A DNA stretch of 64,000 nucleotides from an uncultured Syntrophomonadaceae bacterium (lineage in GTDB: Bacteria; Bacillota; Dethiobacteria; DTU022), in assembly GCA_964420065.1 (NCBI GenBank), contig CAYQQK010000003.1:20478-84477 (forward strand), read 5' to 3'. Each line of letters opens with the position of its first letter. The first letter of the stretch is position 1. Made by a program: the position numbers and the translations under genes. The notes under the pieces were generated by a model that saw only the letters and a program-made list of their open reading frames with translations, ran no database searches and was not told where the DNA came from. Of this stretch, positions 1 through 8,387 are shown one piece after another.

Positions 1-105
1 GGGAAAAAGCACAGACTTTCTACAATTATCCAGCGCCAGGCTAGAAGTGTCGCCACCTTTGTGCGCGGCGAAGGGCAGTACAGGCCTTTCATAGGGGGAT
101 GGTAG
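1..105 (+). CDS. cas1: Cas1 integrase, C-terminal fragment (gene starts upstream of window)
   Basis: Frame 1 translates ...QARSVATFVRGEGQYRPFIGGW*, a typical Cas1 C-terminus (YRPF...W). The stop overlaps the cas2 ATG at 99. Confidence 0.6.
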   Translation, partial: GKKHRLSTIIQRQARSVATFVRGEGQYRPFIGGW

Positions 106-368
106 TGAAAACCCTGGTTATTTACGATATCCCGGACGATAAAACCAGAAACAAAATCGGCAACGCCTGTAAGGACTACGGTCTGGAACGCATCCAGTAC
201 AGCGCCTTCCTTGGGGAGATCAACCATAACCGCCGGGACGAACTTTTCCAGCGCTTGCGCCGCACACTCGGTCGCGAAGTGGGGAATATCCAGGTGTATC
301 CATTGTGCGATAAGGATATCAAACTTAAACGCGCGATCATTAATGCGGGCGGAGGTGGGCAAGAATGA
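99..368 (+). CDS. cas2: CRISPR-associated endoribonuclease Cas2
   Basis: 89 aa with a VIYDIPDD N-terminal beta-strand, matching Cas2 size and motif. Overlaps cas1 and cas4 (ATGA coupling). Confidence 0.85.
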   Translation: MVVKTLVIYDIPDDKTRNKIGNACKDYGLERIQYSAFLGEINHNRRDELFQRLRRTLGREVGNIQVYPLCDKDIKLKRAIINAGGGGQE

Positions 369-943
369 TGCCGTTGCGTGTTTCCGACGTCAAACAGTAC
401 GTTTATTGCCCGCGTATTATTTACTATTACTACGTCTTGCCTATACCGCGGCGGGTGACCAGAAAGATGGAATACGGTCACTTGGAACATCTAGAAATTT
501 CACAGCTTGAGAAGAGACGCAAGCTTAAGACCTACGGGTTGCTTGAAGGAAACCGTAATTTTCAGGTTTTTTTAAAATCAGACCGGTTCAATCTGCATGG
601 TTTGCTGGATATGATGATCTTGACCGCCAAGGGTGAAATCTACCCGGTTGAATTTAAACATAGTGTCAGTAAGTACGGGTTGCATCAAAAGTATCAGTTG
701 GCCGCCTATGCTATGTTGCTGGAAGAAGTCTATCGCAAGCCGGTGCGCTACGGTTTTCTCTACCCCGTTCCACTGAAAAAAGTAATTCCGGTCGAAATCA
801 CGGTAAGTATGCGGGAGCATGTTAAAAAGATATTATCCGCTGTGCGCAACATCATTGATAAAGAGAGGATGCCTGCCTATGTACGTTCTAGGGGCCGCTG
901 TACCGACTGTGAATTTAAAAATTACTGTGCCGACCTGGGGTGA
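365..943 (+). CDS. cas4: Cas4 RecB-like nuclease (DUF83) with Fe-S cysteine cluster
   Basis: N-terminal Cys (YVYCPR), D..EFK nuclease motif, QLAAY motif and C-terminal C-x2-C-x5-C (CTDCEFKNYC). Confidence 0.8.
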   Translation: MMPLRVSDVKQYVYCPRIIYYYYVLPIPRRVTRKMEYGHLEHLEISQLEKRRKLKTYGLLEGNRNFQVFLKSDRFNLHGLLDMMILTAKGEIYPVEFKHSVSKYGLHQKYQLAAYAMLLEEVYRKPVRYGFLYPVPLKKVIPVEITVSMREHVKKILSAVRNIIDKERMPAYVRSRGRCTDCEFKNYCADLG

Positions 944-949
944 AATAAG

Positions 950-1858
950 ATGTATTTTCTAACCGATGATGAACGGAAAAAACTTTTAAAGGGTTTTATC
1001 CCCAAATCAAGGGAGCAAGGAGTTGCCGACGAGTTGCGTGGCTGGAACTGGCATCAACCGCCTTTGGAACCGATCTACGACCTTCGTCTGCCCTTGTACC
1101 AGGTAGCCGGTAAATACTGTGCCAGCGGACGTGATGTCTATTTAAACCGGGTTGAACACAAAAAGGGCGAACCCAACAGTGCTATGAAGGGGGGATTATT
1201 TTTCCATGAACTGATTGTGACCATGTTGGTGCAGACGAAAAAACTAATTTATCAACACGGGGTGAATGTGGAACAGATCTTGTCAGGCTTGGATCCGTTT
1301 ATAGTTGACTTTACTGCACGCGCCAAGGAGTTGGCCACCAAAATACCGGAAATAGAAAACAAGACGGCGCAAATTTATAGTTATATCTACAGCATCATAA
1401 CCTATCGGCTACGGGATATCCTATCCAGGCAACCTTATATCGGTGAAGATTCCTTGGCTTCACAGGTAGTCCCCTTTGTTCTGGAACAAAAAATGGACGG
1501 GACCTTTCTTGGCCTTAGTCCCCATTTGAGTAGCGATGCCTTTGTCTTCTCCGAGCCGATGATTATGGATGTTAAATTCGGTCCCCGGGAACCCTTCCAT
1601 CGACTTACCACGACCGGGTATGCTCTTGTCATGGAGGCAATTTTTGAGTATCCTATCAATGTGGGCTGTATTGTTTACGGAGAATTTAAAAATAGCCGGC
1701 TCTATCTTGAAAAGGATTTCCATCTAATCAATGACGAGTTGCGCCAATGGTTCATTGAAGAACGGGACGAAAAAATGAGGATGGTGTATGATGAGCTTGA
1801 CCCCGGTAAAGCGGACCACTGTAGTGAAACCTGTCCATACTATGCTTACTGTGTCTGA
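950..1858 (+). CDS. Second Cas4-family protein, Csa1-like
   Basis: 302 aa with an N-terminal Cys, a DAFVFSEPMIMDVK nuclease-like motif and C-terminal C-x3-C-x5-C (CSETCPYYAYC). Lies between cas4 and the array leader. Confidence 0.5.
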   Translation: MYFLTDDERKKLLKGFIPKSREQGVADELRGWNWHQPPLEPIYDLRLPLYQVAGKYCASGRDVYLNRVEHKKGEPNSAMKGGLFFHELIVTMLVQTKKLIYQHGVNVEQILSGLDPFIVDFTARAKELATKIPEIENKTAQIYSYIYSIITYRLRDILSRQPYIGEDSLASQVVPFVLEQKMDGTFLGLSPHLSSDAFVFSEPMIMDVKFGPREPFHRLTTTGYALVMEAIFEYPINVGCIVYGEFKNSRLYLEKDFHLINDELRQWFIEERDEKMRMVYDELDPGKADHCSETCPYYAYCV

Positions 1859-1982
1859 TTTTCGCAAATACCCCCGTTTATTTTGCAGAAAATCGATCTT
1901 CGGTTATTTTAGACTTTTTATTGCCGCAGTATGGCCAATAGTTGTAATGTCTACCGGACATCCTTGCAGCGCTTTCTAGCCG
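1859..1982 (+). promoter_or_regulatory. CRISPR leader (AT-rich, cas-proximal)
   Basis: AT-rich 124 nt between csa1 and the first repeat. The degenerate repeat is at the opposite end, which places the leader here. Confidence 0.5.
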
Positions 1983-4900
1983 GTTTCACCAACTACCCCG
2001 ATCAATAGGGGACTGAAAGACGGCCCGGCGTGATCTTTCGCAGGTAGTCGATATGTGTTTCACCAACTACCCCGATCAATAGGGGACTGAAAGCCGGTCA
2101 TCGGATCCGGATAGGTAGCTTCGAAATAGTTTCACCAACTACCCCGATCAATAGGGGACTGAAAGCTTGTGGTTTTTAATTCAGTGTCAACGTCAATGGT
2201 TATGTTTCACCAACTACCCCGATCAATAGGGGACTGAAAGACCTTCGGATAAACAGGCGGACAAGGCACGAGACGAGTTTCACCAACTACCCCGATCAAT
2301 AGGGGACTGAAAGGGCAAAAAGATGGCCAAATAACAAAGGTTACATTGACGTTTCACCAACTACCCCGATCAATAGGGGACTGAAAGCCTGGTATTCACT
2401 GTGGGTCATTTTCATCTTCATCTGTTTCACCAACTACCCCGATCAATAGGGGACTGAAAGACTTCTCCGGCGGTCTGTCTGATGCGGCCCCCGATGAGTT
2501 TCACCAACTACCCCGATCAATAGGGGACTGAAAGTATACACCTACCTTCAGCGCCACATCGGCAAAGAAAGTTTCACCAACTACCCCGATCAATAGGGGA
2601 CTGAAAGTTACGCGCTTTCGAACATCCGGCAGTGGCTGAACAAGGTTTCACCAACTACCCCGATCAATAGGGGACTGAAAGTGAAGGACTGGTAATTGCC
2701 CAGGTTTTTAACATATCGTTTCACCAACTACCCCGATCAATAGGGGACTGAAAGAATGAATAAAAAAAGAGGCAGGATCTAATCGACCCTGCGTTTCACC
2801 AACTACCCCGATCAATAGGGGACTGAAAGTGTAACAGGATCAAAATAACCATGAACATATAAACTTGTTTCACCAACTACCCCGATCAATAGGGGACTGA
2901 AAGTATGCCCAGTAAAGCGGAGCAATGTCAATATATCTTTGTTTCACCAACTACCCCGATCAATAGGGGACTGAAAGTACCCCAGAAAGCTCCTCCCCTT
3001 GCAACATCGTGACGTTGTTTCACCAACTACCCCGATCAATAGGGGACTGAAAGACTCTTTGGCCATGCGCCGGGAGAACCGCACGCACTCGTTTCACCAA
3101 CTACCCCGATCAATAGGGGACTGAAAGGAACTGGAGGAGCCGGAAATAGGAATTGAGGAACGGCGTTTCACCAACTACCCCGATCAATAGGGGACTGAAA
3201 GCGTGGAGGGGGAGCAGGGGGTGGCTGCGTCTCCGGCTGTTTCACCAACTACCCCGATCAATAGGGGACTGAAAGAGGGGCTGCTTTGCTGCTGCTGGAC
3301 CGGCCATCAGGGGTTTCACCAACTACCCCGATCAATAGGGGACTGAAAGCAAAGTTTCACCCGGGCGTTCCCAGCGTCGATGCCTGTTTCACCAACTACC
3401 CCGATCAATAGGGGACTGAAAGGGGAAAGAAGGGCAAGACCTTTAACGCTTTCATCAACGTTTCACCAACTACCCCGATCAATAGGGGACTGAAAGGGAT
3501 TGACGGCTCCGGGGCAGGCCGTAAGACTAGAGTTTCACCAACTACCCCGATCAATAGGGGACTGAAAGATCAGCTCTACCTGATGGACTCCTCGTGCTCG
3601 GTGTTTCACCAACTACCCCGATCAATAGGGGACTGAAAGATAACCCCGGGAGTGGGGAGCAGGTAACCTTCTTTGTTTCACCAACTACCCCGATCAATAG
3701 GGGACTGAAAGGCTTGCGGTAGGCGGGATCTACGGAGTGCTCAAGCTGTTTCACCAACTACCCCGATCAATAGGGGACTGAAAGAGCATCGTCACGTTGG
3801 TGTTGGAACTGGATGCGGCGTTTCACCAACTACCCCGATCAATAGGGGACTGAAAGCTTCCGGCGGGGGCCTGGCCTTTGAGCTACCCGGCGTTTCACCA
3901 ACTACCCCGATCAATAGGGGACTGAAAGAATCATCGGCAAGATCGGTGTGGCAGCGAAAGGCATCGGTTTCACCAACTACCCCGATCAATAGGGGACTGA
4001 AAGCCCAACAGCGCCACCAGCCACCAATTGATCCGGTCCGTTTCACCAACTACCCCGATCAATAGGGGACTGAAAGCCAAAGAGTTACTCCTGGAACATA
4101 CATTTTTTCACTTGTTTCACCAACTACCCCGATCAATAGGGGACTGAAAGGTTCCTGATCCTGGTTGGCCTAACCGTTCCTGTAACCGTTTCACCAACTA
4201 CCCCGATCAATAGGGGACTGAAAGCCAGACAATGATCCACCACTTGCATTTACTCTTTGTGTTTCACCAACTACCCCGATCAATAGGGGACTGAAAGCTG
4301 GGACAATTTACCTTGGGATAATGGGAAAGAAATAGTTTCACCAACTACCCCGATCAATAGGGGACTGAAAGTGTTTGGGAAAAGCACCACGGCCGCGAGG
4401 TGCCGCGTTTCACCAACTACCCCGATCAATAGGGGACTGAAAGGGAACTTTCCGATAGCCGGCACGTTCTGGACACAGACAGTTTCACCAACTACCCCGA
4501 TCAATAGGGGACTGAAAGCAAAACCTACCACACAGCTTTGGCAGTTTGTGTGGTAACGTTTCACCAACTACCCCGATCAATAGGGGACTGAAAGTTTGGC
4601 GAGGCGAAGAAAAAACCACCAGCCTACCCGGTTTCACCAACTACCCCGATCAATAGGGGACTGAAAGCGCTGCATTTTCCACAGAATATCAGGCCCGATA
4701 AAAGGTGTTTCACCAACTACCCCGATCAATAGGGGACTGAAAGGATAAGGATACCTATATTCTCTTTTGGTTTTTACATGTTTCACCAACTACCCCGATC
4801 AATAGGGGACTGAAAGCGGGATAAATAACTCTCCCACTTTTTTAACATGCATTGTTTCACCAACTACCCCGATCAATAGGGGACTGAAAGACACATGTTG

Positions 4901-5265
4901 CGGCATACCTTTGCCACGGACCTGCTGCGTTTCACCAACTACCCCGATCAATAGGGGACTGAAAGCGTCATACAGGGCTGCCGCACTGGTGGGATAGTCT
5001 TTGTTTCACCAACTACCCCGATCAATAGGGGACTGAAAGTATACTTACAGCAAGGAGTGATCGTCGTGAAAAAGAAAAAAATAACCTTCTACATCCGGCA
5101 CGAGGTTGCAGAAGCCCTTCGCCTTTTTGCGTTTAAGCAACGCACTAGCCGAAGCGCCGTTGTCGAACTCGCCCTAGAAAAATGCATTCCCGAAAGCTAC
5201 TTTCGGGAGGTAAACCCTATCGAATAGCGTTTCACCAACTACCCCGATCAATAGGGGGCTGAAAG
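1983..5265 (+). CRISPR. CRISPR array: 42 identical 37-nt repeats (GTTTCACCAACTACCCCGATCAATAGGGGACTGAAAG), then a 189-nt atypical insert, then one degenerate terminal repeat (A>G)
   Basis: I counted repeat starts at 1983, 2057, 2129 ... 5003; spacers are 35-38 nt. The repeat has a 4-bp stem (CCCC/GGGG) followed by an 8-nt ACUGAAAG 3' handle, typical of Cas6-processed type I-A/I-B/III repeats. The terminal repeat at 5229-5265 reads GGGGGCTGAAAG. Confidence 0.97.
5066..5227 (+). CDS. Small ribbon-helix-helix (CopG/Arc-like) protein encoded inside the CRISPR array trailer (53 aa, below the ORF-track cutoff)
   Basis: GTG start 8 nt after an AAGGAGTGA RBS. Translation VKKKKITFYIRHEVAEALRLFAFKQRTSRSAVVELALEKCIPESYFREVNPIE has a beta-strand followed by two helices. 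It sits between the last perfect repeat (ends 5039) and the degenerate terminal repeat (5229). Confidence 0.45.
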   Translation: MKKKKITFYIRHEVAEALRLFAFKQRTSRSAVVELALEKCIPESYFREVNPIE

Positions 5266-5318
5266 AAAGGTAATGAAATTTATTGGTTTGAATTTACGTT
5301 GGTAATTGCGGTATTTTT

Positions 5319-5501
5319 ATGAGCATGGCATCGATGCAGCCCCTGTTCGGGTGGATACTTGATCGTTCCTGGCAGGGAGCGCTGATCGAGGGAGTGCGTT
5401 GTTACCCTCTTTCCGGCTATCGCGCCGCTTTTGGATTATGTCTTGCGGGGGTGTTGCTCTCCCTGGTCGCCGGTTTTTGTATCCGCGAAAAACACCGCTA
5501 G
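5319..5501 (+). pseudogene. Possible C-terminal remnant of an MFS-type transporter at the array trailer
   Basis: A 60-aa ORF with a hydrophobic C-terminal TM-like segment (GLCLAGVLLSLVAGF) and no plausible full-length gene upstream. Confidence 0.2.
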
Positions 5502-5597
5502 ATAATGCAGGCACGTATTTTATTTTTGGCAACGGCAGGAATTAGGGCTTACATGTCGAATAATTAAACAGTACTAAAATATTGAGGTAAGGGTTAA

Positions 5598-5702
5598 ACC
5601 CTGACCGACAAAGGCAAACCTGTCGAAAGACAGGGACGCAAAGCCATGGGTCTACAGCCCGCGCAGGCGGGCCATGATTGCCAAGCTGCCGAAACAGGGC
5701 TT
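5598..5702 (+). ncRNA. Cyclic-di-GMP-I (GEMM) riboswitch aptamer
   Basis: GGCAAACC-TGTC-GAAAG-ACAGGGACGCAAAGCC ... GCCAAGCTGCCGAAA matches the GEMM-I core (GNRA loop, GGGACGCAAAGCC, receptor hairpin). A downstream CCCTC...GGAGGG hairpin could sequester the SD of the following gene. Confidence 0.7.
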
Positions 5703-5748
5703 TTGTGTTTGGGCGTCGGTCCCTCTAGCTTACTGGAGGGCTCACGTC

Positions 5749-7155
5749 ATGCCGATTTACAGAGGCAAATCCACGGCAAGAATCATTCGTCTCCTGACCA
5801 TCATTATCATCTTCTTTTTGATTGCGGCGGCAGGGGCAAACTATGCCGCCGAAAGCGAGGGCTTTGACGGTCATGCAGTGCAAGGCAGCTTTCCGGGCGA
5901 TGGCGGGCAGCCGCTGGAAAGTTCACCAGCTCACGATCCGGTTAGTCTTGCAGACGTCCCGGCATCGCCGTTACCGGAAGACAAGCTTTTAGATTCCGCA
6001 CTCCCGGAGCCCAAGCCTGTTTCCGATTGTGGTTTAAATCCTGATTCCAATCATGGTGTTTCCTCGAATCTATCACCTTCAATGTCCGAACCGATCCCCC
6101 CGCCTTCATCCGAGCCGGCTCCAACGTCTTCCCCGGAGGAACCCGTAACACCGACGGCATCGCAGTCGGCCACCCGATCAGGTGCCGCCCCGGTTGTTCC
6201 GTTACCGGTCGAAAAACCGGTTGACGCCACCACCGGCCCGGCGGCGGATAAAGTTGTTCACGAGCCCGGTACTGCAATTTCCCCTATTACCCTTGGGCCC
6301 GGATGTAACCGCAATTTGCGTATGCGCATCAAGGTGACAAATTCCGGTGGTGACGAATCCCGTGAAATCAGGGTTGAAATACCCCTTTTGGGAACACTAA
6401 GTTCACCTTATCAGGTTGTGTTGCAGGAAACGTTCAGTCATACTCCTACCGCTGTCGACACCCTGGCCCAGGGTAGCCGGGTCGGCCATTTTTATATTGA
6501 TGCCCTGGCACCCGGCTCATCCATAACCCTTGTTATTGACTACTCCGTGCGGGTCCACCCCTTGATCGCCCATTTTGATGCTTACACCGGAGGGCCGCTT
6601 TCCATGTCACCCGGTTTTCTTCTTCCTTCGTCTCGAATCGAAAGCGATAACCCCAGGATTATAGCCCGGGCGGCGGATATTACTTCCGGTAAAATTAACG
6701 ATTTGGAAAAAGCCCGGGCGATCTACGGGTTTGTACAGCAGTATCTGCGGTATGATTTGAATTCGCCGCACCGCAATCAGGGGGCGCTGTCTGCCCTCGA
6801 AAATGCCACCGGGGTTTGTGAAGATTATGCCGCTCTCTTTGCCGCGCTCTGCCGGGCATCCGGTATACCGGCCCGCCAGGTCAACGGTTATACCGATCCC
6901 CGAGGAATAGGTGAAATATTTAACACTTCCCTCTCCCTGCACGGTTACCGGCATAGCTGGGCGGAATTTTACCTTGAGGGTATGGGTTGGCTGCCGGCGG
7001 ATCCGGCCATGGGCATCGGTTCTCCCTCGGTGTCATATTTTGGCTCTTTACCGGGGGCCGGCCACATCGCTCAAAATTACCAGGATCAGCCCATGCGGGT
7101 CAAATTTACGGGCGGCCAGTTGGCAGTGACCTGGGACGAGCTGTTATTTCAGTAA
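5749..7155 (+). CDS. Exported or membrane-anchored transglutaminase-like cysteine protease-fold protein with a Pro/Ser-rich linker
   Basis: N-terminal TM/signal (RIIRLLTIIIIFFLIAAAG) and a PS-rich low-complexity segment. Transglutaminase core motifs GVCEDYAALFAALCRASGIPAR ... HSWAEFY ... WLPADP. GGAGGG RBS before the ATG at 5749. The ORF-track start at 5674 lies inside the riboswitch. Confidence 0.7.
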   Translation: MPIYRGKSTARIIRLLTIIIIFFLIAAAGANYAAESEGFDGHAVQGSFPGDGGQPLESSPAHDPVSLADVPASPLPEDKLLDSALPEPKPVSDCGLNPDSNHGVSSNLSPSMSEPIPPPSSEPAPTSSPEEPVTPTASQSATRSGAAPVVPLPVEKPVDATTGPAADKVVHEPGTAISPITLGPGCNRNLRMRIKVTNSGGDESREIRVEIPLLGTLSSPYQVVLQETFSHTPTAVDTLAQGSRVGHFYIDALAPGSSITLVIDYSVRVHPLIAHFDAYTGGPLSMSPGFLLPSSRIESDNPRIIARAADITSGKINDLEKARAIYGFVQQYLRYDLNSPHRNQGALSALENATGVCEDYAALFAALCRASGIPARQVNGYTDPRGIGEIFNTSLSLHGYRHSWAEFYLEGMGWLPADPAMGIGSPSVSYFGSLPGAGHIAQNYQDQPMRVKFTGGQLAVTWDELLFQ

Positions 7156-7194
7156 TAAAACAAGATTAACTTTGCTGCCGGCATCCCCAATGTA

Positions 7195-7244
7195 GCCCGC
7201 CGGAGCCGGGGCGACCCGGTTCCGGCGGGCCCTGCTTGTTTTAC
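7195..7244 (+). terminator. Intrinsic terminator after the transglutaminase-like gene
   Basis: GCCCGCCGGA ... TCCGGCGGGC stem followed by cctgcTTGTTTT. Confidence 0.5.
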
Positions 7245-7380
7245 CTTTTAACGCGCTGCGTACTTTTTGTATGAATAAGCCGGCCAACAGCCTTTGGCGG
7301 ATCGGTTTTCGGAATAAAAAGGGGAAAGGCCTCTTTCTGTCGAAAAATGTACTGTTCATAATCAAACCGGCGAGGGACTC

Positions 7381-7743
7381 ATGCCAGTGAGTTTCAAGAA
7401 GCGCTGTTTTACAATTTTCGTTATCCCCCATAACGGGGAACAAGGGTTTAGTTTTAAACTACCCCTATTTGTGCTGCAAGCCTTGGCGGCTCTTTCCATA
7501 CTGGGCATTGTCAGTTTTCTGGTGCTGATCAACCGCTACCATGATATCATGGACCAGGCCGGGGAGGCGCGCCGCTTACGGGAATCAAACCGGATTCAGC
7601 AACAGATGATCGACCGGTTTGATACTGAAACGCAAAATTTGCTTGAACAGATGGATCCGGTTGAAGAGCTGGTTGAGTTACTTACGGAAAGGGCCAAAAC
7701 GCTGGGTTTACCGGTGGAGACGGAAAGGAATGAGGTGCCGTAG
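7381..7743 (+). CDS. Hypothetical single-TM protein (resembles the N-terminal leader region of M23-peptidase-like proteins)
   Basis: 120 aa with FTIFVIPHNGEQGFSFKLP followed by a TM helix and a coiled region. No catalytic domain. Confidence 0.35.
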   Translation: MPVSFKKRCFTIFVIPHNGEQGFSFKLPLFVLQALAALSILGIVSFLVLINRYHDIMDQAGEARRLRESNRIQQQMIDRFDTETQNLLEQMDPVEELVELLTERAKTLGLPVETERNEVP

Positions 7744-7779
7744 GAAAAGCAAAGGGAATAATACTTTACGGAATCCGCA

Positions 7780-8322
7780 CTAACCTCTGGGTTTGCAGAT
7801 AATTTCTTTGACCACGGTATCGAAAAAGTTGTTGCTGGATGCAGGAAGAATGATACAGGCCGTATCTGCGCCCCGCCCGGTTCCGGCTACCGCGACTATT
7901 TCTTCCCCGTACGGGATCAACCCTGCATCCAGGGCCATCACGCTGATTTCGACACATACCTTCAACCCTTCGCCAAACAAGCGTAAACTATGGGCGATGA
8001 TTTCAGCCGGGTAAATTCCTTGGAATTTAAAACGTAAAGCCCGATCAACTCCGGCCAGCAGGTGGGTGGTTGTAAGGATGACGGCTCCTTTTTCCTGCAA
8101 ATTTTGTCGCATTGCCGGATCCATCCTGATCTCACCGGGGCCGGTAAAACCGGCATGACTGGTTACACAAACAATTTGTAATCCCGCATCCAGTACTTTT
8201 TCTGTGGTAGTACCGGTAGAGGAAGCTATAACCAGGTGCTTCAGGTTTAATTCACGCCCTCTTTTTAGCGCCGCCGCGAGGGTGGCATCGGTATTTATTT
8301 TTCCTTTTTTATCCCAGTACAT
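7780..8322 (-). CDS. Pyruvate kinase alpha/beta (PK_C-like) domain protein
   Basis: MYWDKKGKINTDATLAAALKRGRELNLKHLVIASSTGTTTEKVL...VCVTSHAGF resembles the standalone PK_C family. Start chosen at the internal Met. Confidence 0.5.
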   Translation of the reverse strand: MYWDKKGKINTDATLAAALKRGRELNLKHLVIASSTGTTTEKVLDAGLQIVCVTSHAGFTGPGEIRMDPAMRQNLQEKGAVILTTTHLLAGVDRALRFKFQGIYPAEIIAHSLRLFGEGLKVCVEISVMALDAGLIPYGEEIVAVAGTGRGADTACIILPASSNNFFDTVVKEIICKPRG

Positions 8323-8387
8323 CGTATTGCCTCCTGTTTTATGTTGCAAAAATGGTTGGTGTCAACCGCTTTCAACAAAAGTTATTT

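Noticed and set aside
3551-4567. Several 60-95-aa ORFs on both strands inside the CRISPR array (e.g. 3551..3757-, 3792..4049-, 4280..4567-, 4371..4556+) with a recurring FSPLLIGVVGET peptide
   Set aside because: They are translations of the periodic repeat, not genes.
5674-5748. ORF-track start of the 493-aa transglutaminase-like ORF at 5674
   Set aside because: It overlaps the riboswitch aptamer and has no RBS. The ATG at 5749 has GGAGGG upstream and begins the signal/TM segment.
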